From positions 672,001 through 736,000 of the forward strand of contig CAWJWJ010000002.1 of assembly GCA_963846575.1 (NCBI GenBank): a stretch of DNA of 64,000 nucleotides, read 5' to 3'. This stretch comes from an uncultured Nitrospiraceae bacterium (GTDB lineage Bacteria; Nitrospirota; Nitrospiria; Nitrospirales; Nitrospiraceae). Made by a program: the position numbers and the translations under genes. The notes beneath the pieces are model-generated. The model had not been told where the DNA came from, made no database searches, and saw only the letters and a program-made list of their open reading frames with translations. How positions within the stretch are numbered: the first letter of the stretch is position 1; every line of letters starts with the position of its first letter. This document shows positions 56,723 through 64,000 of the stretch, piece by piece.

Positions 56723-58402
56723 TCAGATGGCACTCCATTCCATGCTGTAAGGGCTGGCTCCCGACCGCAGGGCCGGCAGATGTAACCAATAGGAACTGTA
56801 GGGGCCCAAAGTCAACACATAGGGCCGCTCGGTAATCACCGGGAAACGTGATTCCCCGAACAATTCTTCCGGAACAACGTCTTTGTACCGACTAAGATCG
56901 AGTTCCACAGCCTGGGCCGATTCAGCAAGGTTATGAACGAGCAACACCGTCTGTTGTTCGTAGGTCCGGAGGTAGACCAGCACTTTTTCGTTCGTCGGGC
57001 TGAGGAACTCTAAAGTCCCGCGCCCAAACACCTTACGCTTCTTGCGGATGGAGATCATCCGCTTCATCCAGTTCAGCAGAGAATGGGTCGCCTGCTTCTG
57101 GGCCTCGATGTTGACCGATTGGTACCCGTAGACCGCGTCGGCGACCACGGGAAGAAACAATTGTGCGGGGTCCGCTTTGGAAAAACCGGCGTTGCGATCG
57201 GCGGTCCAATGCATCGGCGTGCGAACTCCATTGCGGTCTCCGAGGTGAATGTTGTCTCCCATGCCGATTTCATCGCCGTAGTAGATGATGGGGCTTCCCG
57301 GCAGCGTGAAAACGATACTGTTCAGGAGTTCCACCTTCCGCCGGTCATTCTCCAGCAGGGGAGCCAAACGGCGGGAAATGCCGATATTCCGACGCATTTG
57401 AGGGTCGCGAGCATAGGCATAGTACATGTAATCGCGTTCCTCACCGGTACACATTTCGAGGGTCAGCTCATCGTGGTTGCGTAAGAACAGGCACCACTGG
57501 CAGGCCGCCGGTATCTCAGGGGTGTGTTTGAACATGTCGATGATCGGCTGGCGATCCTCGCTCCGTACACCCATGAACAGGCGAGGCATGAGCGGGAAGT
57601 GGAAGGCCATATGGAATTCATCGCCGTCACCGAAATACGGGCGTACGTCGCTGGGCCATTGATTGGCCTCCGCCAGGAGCACGCGCCCTTTATACCGCTG
57701 ATCAATGCTACTGCGAATCTCTTTGAGGTACTCATGGGTTTCCGGCAGGTTTTCGCAGATGGTGCCTTCGCGCTCAAAGAGATAGGGCACGGCATCACAT
57801 CGGAACCCATCCAATCCCTGATCGAGCCAGTATTCCATGACCTGAACCATGGCCCGTCGGACCTCGGGATTGTCGTAATTGAGATCCGGCTGATGACTGA
57901 AGAAGCGGTGCCAGAAATAGGCGTGAGCTTCCGGATCCCATGTCCAGTTGGACTTTTCGGTATCGATAAATATGATCCGTGCGCGAGGATACTTCCGGTC
58001 TGTGTCACTCCAGACATAATAGTGCCTGGTCGGGGCGTCTGCGGCGGCTTTGGCCGCTTGAAACCAGGCGTGCTGGTCGGAGGTGTGGTTCAGGACCAGG
58101 TCGACGATCACCCGCATGCCGCGCCGGTGGGCTTCATCCAGGAGGCGGCGGAAATCTTCCATCGTGCCGTAGGACGGGGCAATGTTGCGAAAGTCCGCCA
58201 CGTCGTATCCGTCATCGCGCAAGGGCGAGGGATAAAACGGAAGCAGCCAGAGGCAGTCCACGCCTAACCATTCCAGATAATCGAGCTTTTGTATCAGCCC
58301 GGCAAAATCGCCCACCCCGTCGTCATTACCGTCAAAAAATGCACGGACATGGAGTTCATAAAACACGGCGTCTTTGTACCAGAGAGGATCCTGATTCAGC
58401 AT
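56723..58402 (-). CDS. treS: Trehalose synthase (maltose alpha-D-glucosyltransferase), unfused
   Basis: [45 protein letters not shown]. Confidence 0.96.
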   Translation of the reverse strand: MLNQDPLWYKDAVFYELHVRAFFDGNDDGVGDFAGLIQKLDYLEWLGVDCLWLLPFYPSPLRDDGYDVADFRNIAPSYGTMEDFRRLLDEAHRRGMRVIVDLVLNHTSDQHAWFQAAKAAADAPTRHYYVWSDTDRKYPRARIIFIDTEKSNWTWDPEAHAYFWHRFFSHQPDLNYDNPEVRRAMVQVMEYWLDQGLDGFRCDAVPYLFEREGTICENLPETHEYLKEIRSSIDQRYKGRVLLAEANQWPSDVRPYFGDGDEFHMAFHFPLMPRLFMGVRSEDRQPIIDMFKHTPEIPAACQWCLFLRNHDELTLEMCTGEERDYMYYAYARDPQMRRNIGISRRLAPLLENDRRKVELLNSIVFTLPGSPIIYYGDEIGMGDNIHLGDRNGVRTPMHWTADRNAGFSKADPAQLFLPVVADAVYGYQSVNIEAQKQATHSLLNWMKRMISIRKKRKVFGRGTLEFLSPTNEKVLVYLRTYEQQTVLLVHNLAESAQAVELDLSRYKDVVPEELFGESRFPVITERPYVLTLGPYSSYWLHLPALRSGASPYSMEWSAI

Positions 58403-58405
58403 CGA

Positions 58406-59080
58406 TTAGACCTTTGCCGAATCGCCGGCGAGGAATTCGTCGCAGGCGGTAATAAGTTTGGAGCGTAACCGTTCAAGACTTCCCTGGTAGGGGTTGATTG
58501 CGCGAATGCAATCGGCCAGTTTCAACAGGCCGAGACTCGAACGTATCCAAGCGGAGAAATCGTTCTCCTCGCGTCCGAGGCGGAAACGAGCTTCGAACAT
58601 GTGATAATAAATCGTACTGACATCGATGTCGGCCACCCGGTCGCGGAACTCTTGCAGGGTGCGCGCTTCCAACCCGATCGGGACCTCTAGAATTCGCGAT
58701 CGCTTGAAATGAAACGGCTGGCCGAACACAACCCGGGGAATGATCGGTGAGCGAGACAGATGGTCGTCGATGATGGAAATAATTTCTTCTCGAAGGTTCT
58801 CTAGGTCAGGGTAATCAAAGGGGTCGATAATCGCCAGTCGTTCCCCTAAGACGTGATCACCGACTTGAAGTACGACCCATTGGGCGAAATCGTTCGGATA
58901 AGCCCCTTCAATCAAGCCATGCCTAAGAAAATAGCTATGGGTATGGAAGTGAATGGAATCTAACGGAACTTCTTCGATCAGTTCCGCCAATTCTTTTTCA
59001 TCATCCGCTTGATGGGCTATGCTTTCCTGTAACTCGCTGCAACCAATGAACGTAAAGGGGGCCTCCGCGATGTTTGTCAC
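58406..59080 (-). CDS. DUF5752 family protein
   Basis: Two copies of F.F...SI.(F/Y)H...NDF..W; GTG start after AAGGG. Confidence 0.8.
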   Translation of the reverse strand: MTNIAEAPFTFIGCSELQESIAHQADDEKELAELIEEVPLDSIHFHTHSYFLRHGLIEGAYPNDFAQWVVLQVGDHVLGERLAIIDPFDYPDLENLREEIISIIDDHLSRSPIIPRVVFGQPFHFKRSRILEVPIGLEARTLQEFRDRVADIDVSTIYYHMFEARFRLGREENDFSAWIRSSLGLLKLADCIRAINPYQGSLERLRSKLITACDEFLAGDSAKV

Positions 59081-59566
59081 TCTCTGTTACCCTTTCATTT
59101 GTGAGAAGTCGGCAAAAGCGAGGCTGCCCGCCGTCGGCAGGAGTGAGCCGTCCACAGCAACTGCTCATTTTTTTTGTGCCTGAGACGCATCTTACTATAA
59201 TTCCATGACGGAGGCATCAAGGCTAGTAAAAGACCTAGCTGATACTAGAGTGTCTTCCTGGTATTGGTTACACGATGCTCCACCTCACCCGAACGGCTTT
59301 CCGTGTCATACACGCCACCATTTGGATGGAGTGAGTGTCAACATCGCCGTGCGGCACGCAGGTATCGGGTCGTCACCTGCCAGGGGCAGGCAGGACCTCT
59401 CGCTCTTCCCATCACGACGGTGAACACCGCAGGAAATCGCATGACAAAGAGTCTGAGCCGGGTTGAGCCCCACGGTCTATTTAAGGTCGTTCACCAAGAG
59501 GTCATCATTACATCAGACTAATGTTGTGATATAGGATGTCGTCCGCCGCATCAAATCTGTCCACCT

Positions 59567-60682
59567 GTGTCTAACGGAGCTGAGTGTTTGCCAGGGCCTG
59601 AACTGTCGATCATCGTTCCTACGTTCAACGAACGGGACAATGTTGTTCGGCTTGCCGAACTTCTCGAAGCCTGTCTGGCTGATCTGGAGTGGGAGCTCAT
59701 CGTCGTCGATGACGATTCTCCGGACCGGACGGCGGATCAGGTTCGACGATTGGCCCGCTCCAACCCTCGCGTGCGCTGTCTTCAGCGGATCGGGCGTCGA
59801 GGGTTATCGTCTGCCTGTATCGAGGGCATGTTGTCCAGTTCGGCCCCATTTCTCGCGGTCATGGATGGTGATCTCCAGCATGACGAGCGACTGCTCGCGA
59901 ACATGCTCAGCCACTTGAAGCAGAAGGGATACGACATCGTCATCGGGAGCCGGTATATCCAGGGCGGGAGCATTGGCGAATGGCAGGGCCTTCGCGCTGC
60001 GACCAGCCGATGGGCCACGTGGCTCAGCCGCCCACTGGTCCCTGCCGGTCTGACGGATCCGATGAGCGGATTTTTTGCCATACGTCGCGAGGTATTCGAA
60101 GAGCTTGTGCGACGGACGTCCGGCCTTGGCTTTAAATTGCTGCTGGATTTCTTCGCCTCCTCACCCCGTCCTTTGACGTTCAAAGAATTGCCCTATGAAT
60201 TCAGGACACGGCAGGCTGGGGAGAGCAAAGTCGACAGCCAGGTGGCCTGGGATTATTTCATGTTGTTGCTCGACAAATCGCTCGGCCGCTTCGTGCCGGT
60301 GCGTCTGGTTACCTTCGCGTTGGTCGGCGGTTCCGGTGTCCTGATCCACTTCTCGGCGCTATTCCTGCTGTACGAGGGCTTCGCATGGTCTTTTGCCTGG
60401 GCACAAGGAACGGCGACGCTCATTGCGATGAGCAGCAATTTCCTCCTGAACAACGTGATTACCTACCGGGATCAACGACTACGCGGCTGGCGGTGGCTCC
60501 GGGGGTGGTTCTCCTTCGTGCTTGTCTGCAGTCTAGGAGCCGTGGGGAATGTTGGAGTCGCTTCATATCTGTTCAATCAGGAATTCAACTGGGGTCTGTC
60601 CGCACTAGCGGGAATTGCTGTGGGGACGGTGTGGAATTACGCCGTGACCTCGTCTTATACCTGGAATACGAAGGCCCGGTAA
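59567..60682 (+). CDS. Polyprenol-phosphate glycosyltransferase (GT2) fused to GtrA flippase domain
   Basis: VPTFNE, DDDSPD, MDGDLQH, DPMSGFF; C-terminal F.LVG, SNFLLN, WNY. Confidence 0.9.
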   Translation: MSNGAECLPGPELSIIVPTFNERDNVVRLAELLEACLADLEWELIVVDDDSPDRTADQVRRLARSNPRVRCLQRIGRRGLSSACIEGMLSSSAPFLAVMDGDLQHDERLLANMLSHLKQKGYDIVIGSRYIQGGSIGEWQGLRAATSRWATWLSRPLVPAGLTDPMSGFFAIRREVFEELVRRTSGLGFKLLLDFFASSPRPLTFKELPYEFRTRQAGESKVDSQVAWDYFMLLLDKSLGRFVPVRLVTFALVGGSGVLIHFSALFLLYEGFAWSFAWAQGTATLIAMSSNFLLNNVITYRDQRLRGWRWLRGWFSFVLVCSLGAVGNVGVASYLFNQEFNWGLSALAGIAVGTVWNYAVTSSYTWNTKAR

Positions 60683-60713
60683 TTCCTCCGCCGGTGTGCT
60701 CCTAGGCAGTTCC

Positions 60714-62330
60714 TTACGATCCTTCCTTATCGATTCGATAGAATTGAAACTCTTCCCCACCGGAGCCAAACAGCCGGAACTGCTCAGGCAGCGGCGGGCG
60801 GAGGCGCTGACTACGCCGAATCACCACGTAGTCGTATTGGGTGCGAATCTGGTCCCATGGAATCGGCACCCCTTGGACAAGGAATTCTTCTATCGTCAGC
60901 ATGTGCCGAACCTCCGGAGTGAGTTGAACCGGTTGTTGGCCCGGTGCGCTAAATATATTCGACACGAAGAGTGATCGACGGATAATGCCCCAGCAAGACA
61001 AATTCGCCATCGGCATACGCTCAGGAACCCGACTGTCGACGGGAGACGACGCATCGAATGAAGCAAGCTTAATGGCCGACAGAAGGCGGGCTCCTTCCGG
61101 AAGTTGGTCGAGCTGTTGTATGAACTGACGATAATGACGATCGGTTTCCTTCCAATGGTCGGTGACATAGGCCACCCGCACTACAAATAATGTGATCAGG
61201 ATCAGTGCCAATGGAACGCTCCACCGCCGGTGCACATTCGGCCAGTCTGTGCTTGCAATAGCGAGCAGGACGAAGGCTATCGGCATGCGAATGTCAACGA
61301 GCGCGGTCGTACCGATCCCGCCGGGCATCGCCAGGGCCGTCAGTACCACCACGCTGAGCGGAAAGTACATCGAGGGAAGTATGGAGCAACGGCGCAGGAG
61401 CAGCCCGGTCCCGATGAGGCCGACCAGCAGGAGTCCGGTCATCCGATCAAGAAGTTGATGCTCCGTTCGAATCGTGGCCTTCAGGGCCTCGAACTTGCCG
61501 CTGAGGGGCGCATAGGTCATTGCTGGCGGGGGCTGCGATCCTCTCAGCCAGAATGGATACTGGTCCGGGCGGTTTTGAAAAGTGGGGGCCAGTACCAGGA
61601 GGAGAAGCGGCACCAGAAGGGCCGGTAGTGGTTTCCACCAGGAGACCGGGGGCCGAACAGGCTCGCGACGATGCATCACCCATTGCGAGGCTTCATAGGC
61701 CAACACGATCATGGCGAAAATGCCGAAGGCGAAGAGATGCGCGAAAAATAACACGGTTGCGAAGAGCGAACACAAAGGGATTAGCAGAATGGCCGGGCGA
61801 TCACGTAACGTCACCCATAGCGCGCAGGCGAACAGGGCCAGTCCGAGCCCGAAGAGGTAATTGAGAAAGCCCCATAGGAAGACACTGTTATAAAGGAAGA
61901 AAAACGTCAGGAGCGGCCAGGGTGAGCAGCGCCGGTGCAAGGCGGCATGTAAAGCCATGACACCGCCTGCCAGTAAGGCAAATGTGAGGCCGATGAAGAC
62001 TTTGCCGGCTGTTTCGACCGGCATGAAGCGAGTCAGTACAGGCACCACGAGATCAATGGAAAGGTTCGGCAGGATATCCCAATGAATTTCGTAGTATCGG
62101 CTGAGCCATGACGACCGTCCGGCATCGGCCAGAATATGCACGCGGGCCATGTGATTCGGGTAGTCCACGAGCGGAGGGATGTGCACCATCATCACGGGAA
62201 CCAACGCGATGCTGAGCAAGATGGCAGCTGCCGTGAGAGTTCGGAACAGCGGCCCTTTGTGGAAGGTGGAGATGGCAGTCCTGCTCCGGTGGCAAACCTG
62301 TATCGTTTGTAGTGAAGAAAGCGTGGTCAA
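60714..62330 (-). CDS. Multi-pass membrane protein, putative GT-C glycosyltransferase
   Basis: First loop PPLVDYPNHMAR, about 12 hydrophobic segments, soluble C-terminal domain. Confidence 0.7.
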   Translation of the reverse strand: MTTLSSLQTIQVCHRSRTAISTFHKGPLFRTLTAAAILLSIALVPVMMVHIPPLVDYPNHMARVHILADAGRSSWLSRYYEIHWDILPNLSIDLVVPVLTRFMPVETAGKVFIGLTFALLAGGVMALHAALHRRCSPWPLLTFFFLYNSVFLWGFLNYLFGLGLALFACALWVTLRDRPAILLIPLCSLFATVLFFAHLFAFGIFAMIVLAYEASQWVMHRREPVRPPVSWWKPLPALLVPLLLLVLAPTFQNRPDQYPFWLRGSQPPPAMTYAPLSGKFEALKATIRTEHQLLDRMTGLLLVGLIGTGLLLRRCSILPSMYFPLSVVVLTALAMPGGIGTTALVDIRMPIAFVLLAIASTDWPNVHRRWSVPLALILITLFVVRVAYVTDHWKETDRHYRQFIQQLDQLPEGARLLSAIKLASFDASSPVDSRVPERMPMANLSCWGIIRRSLFVSNIFSAPGQQPVQLTPEVRHMLTIEEFLVQGVPIPWDQIRTQYDYVVIRRSQRLRPPLPEQFRLFGSGGEEFQFYRIDKEGS

Positions 62331-62374
62331 AGCAAGAACAAGAAGCGGATCTTCGGCTGAAGGGCGGTCTCAGA

Positions 62375-63625
62375 CTATTTGGCGGTGGAATCGCTCAGGA
62401 TGACGAACTGCTTGCGGAATCCGACCACTCTGGCGAGGTAGTCGCGGGTTTCCTGATAGGGGAGCGCGGTGCGAAGGCGATCATAAAGCGCGGACGGCTG
62501 GAGGCCGTTGATTTGTTGCAGGGCCGTGCGTTGGTCCTTTGCAAACGTTTTGAAGACGTTACCGGCACCGGTGTTATAGGCGGAGATCACGCAATATTCC
62601 CGTGAAACGAGATCCGTGACACTGTCTAACTGAGAATAGGTTAAGACATTCAGGTAGGCCGCTCCCAGCTCAATATTGTTTTCCGGAACGAACAGAAAAT
62701 CGCGCGTGGGCGCCTTATCTTCGCCTTTGGCTTTGCGGTAGGCGTCCCGCCCCCCGCTGGTGGGAACCAATTGCATGAGCCCATAAGCGGGCGCTGAACT
62801 CACAGCGAATGGATTAAAATTGCTCTCCGTCCGAATGATGGCGAATACGAGGCTCGGACTGATCTGGTATCGCTCCGCGAACTGGCTCACCACCCCACGA
62901 TATTTCTCAGCCTGCTTGTGTGAAAAATTGGATACCATGGGGATGGTCACCAGGTGCGCAGTCTTTGACCCAGTATCCTGCTCAACCTCGCGCGTGGTCG
63001 CCATGTTCGAGACCAGGGTTTCGGCGAATTGTTCCGCCTCTGGGGGGGTTCGCACCGGTTTACCAGTCTTATCCAAGACAAGACCCAGGAGATAGGGCTC
63101 CTTGTCTCCGGTCAAACTGATTTCTTTATCCGTAAAGAGGTCGACACTGCGGGGATCGTCTGGCGTCAGAAGCGTCGTGATTACGGCGTTCTTCAGACTG
63201 GCTCGAGGATCCTTCTCGTCAAGTGTCTCAATCAGAATGCTCCCTGCGTCGAAATCGACGATGGCCCGGCTGCGATAGTTTTGAGTGTATTTGACATACT
63301 TCTTCTGCTCCGGAAGTTTAACTTCCTTGCTGCCCCACTTCTTTCCGACTTCCCCGGTCAGCGCGGCCATCAACGCTTGAAAGTCGCGTTGCATCGACCG
63401 AAGATCTCGGAGCAGAGCCTGGGGATCTCGCCCGTAATTCTCGATTCGTCGCCGGGCGATATCTGCCGGGTCCCTGCCGCTGACGATATCCCGGACGGCT
63501 CTCCCGCTGTTACTCCCGACGACGCGTTCAGCGGCGCCGAGCATTTTGTCGGTCGTTTCACAGCCGGATATGAGAGCAGGAATGGTGAGACTGAGCAACA
63601 GCCAAGAAAATTGTCGGTCACGCAT
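62375..63625 (-). CDS. mltC: Membrane-bound lytic transglycosylase C
   Basis: Lipobox ISGC, YVKYT..Y.SR, catalytic TES.FNP.AVS, GLMQ, AYN.G. Confidence 0.92.
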   Translation of the reverse strand: MRDRQFSWLLLSLTIPALISGCETTDKMLGAAERVVGSNSGRAVRDIVSGRDPADIARRRIENYGRDPQALLRDLRSMQRDFQALMAALTGEVGKKWGSKEVKLPEQKKYVKYTQNYRSRAIVDFDAGSILIETLDEKDPRASLKNAVITTLLTPDDPRSVDLFTDKEISLTGDKEPYLLGLVLDKTGKPVRTPPEAEQFAETLVSNMATTREVEQDTGSKTAHLVTIPMVSNFSHKQAEKYRGVVSQFAERYQISPSLVFAIIRTESNFNPFAVSSAPAYGLMQLVPTSGGRDAYRKAKGEDKAPTRDFLFVPENNIELGAAYLNVLTYSQLDSVTDLVSREYCVISAYNTGAGNVFKTFAKDQRTALQQINGLQPSALYDRLRTALPYQETRDYLARVVGFRKQFVILSDSTAK

Positions 63626-63826
63626 GGCGGGAGTATACCGAAGCTTTCAAAGAGAGGAAAAGAAAATTTCGTTAGGGGCTCAAAATCCGAAGGGAAATTT
63701 CACAAAAGGCCGATAATTGAGGCGATCTCCAGACGAGGAACCAGGTAGATCCACGTGCTTGACGGGCGGTTTTGGGGACCGGTACCATACTACCCTCAGG
63801 ACCAAGGTGATCGAAAGGCAGGGTGT

Positions 63827-64000
63827 ATGGAGCGCTTTCTCAGCAACGTGAGGGCTGAACTCGGTACAACCGGCCGTCGTTGGCCTCGACTGGCGGTCTT
63901 CTTAGTTTTGCTGGTGCTACTACCCGACCACGGCTCCTCAGTGATCCATGCTTCTGACCAGGGTCCCACCGCGGCTGTCCAGCGTACCTTGAAAGAAATT
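63827..64000 (+). CDS. Probable second MlaC-like protein (3' truncated)
   Basis: Signal peptide then DQGPTAAVQRTLKEI, paralleling DQPGPTETVKGTV of the gene at 29423. Confidence 0.55.
   Translation, partial: MERFLSNVRAELGTTGRRWPRLAVFLVLLVLLPDHGSSVIHASDQGPTAAVQRTLKEI

Overview
Chromosomal window from a Nitrospira. The 16S rRNA contains the genus probe target AGAGGAGCGCGGAATTCC and TGAAGTCGCCCAAGCCAA, which I recall as the lineage I (N. defluvii-like) Ntspa1431 target. Contents in order: end of scpB; a housekeeping run (FN3/NHL protein, guaB, guaA, rluB, aspS, aroC, ABC ATPase); proteases, lipoproteins and a Tat molybdoenzyme; a complete rrn operon (16S, tRNA-Ile, tRNA-Ala, 23S, 5S); ung and small stress-type genes; an erpA-porA-porB-forB-like 2-oxoacid:ferredoxin oxidoreductase cassette with no gamma/delta/epsilon subunits; a TPR/beta-barrel and FecR-domain pair; a DUF3574 pseudogene; a DEAD-box helicase facing small basic genes, one with an apparent ATC start; a sigma-54 unit (exported protein, Cys-rich porin, GAF enhancer-binding protein); an 11.4-kb trehalose/alpha-glucan operon; a GT2-GtrA and GT-C glycosylation pair; mltC; start of a second mlaC-like gene. 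I saw no CRISPR array, transposase, integrase or prophage. I cannot show that any system here is new. The best leads are the ErpA plus partial POR/OGOR cassette, the sigma-54 porin unit, the ATC-start gene and the heptamer repeat elements flanking guaA. Family assignments come from motif recognition, not database searches.
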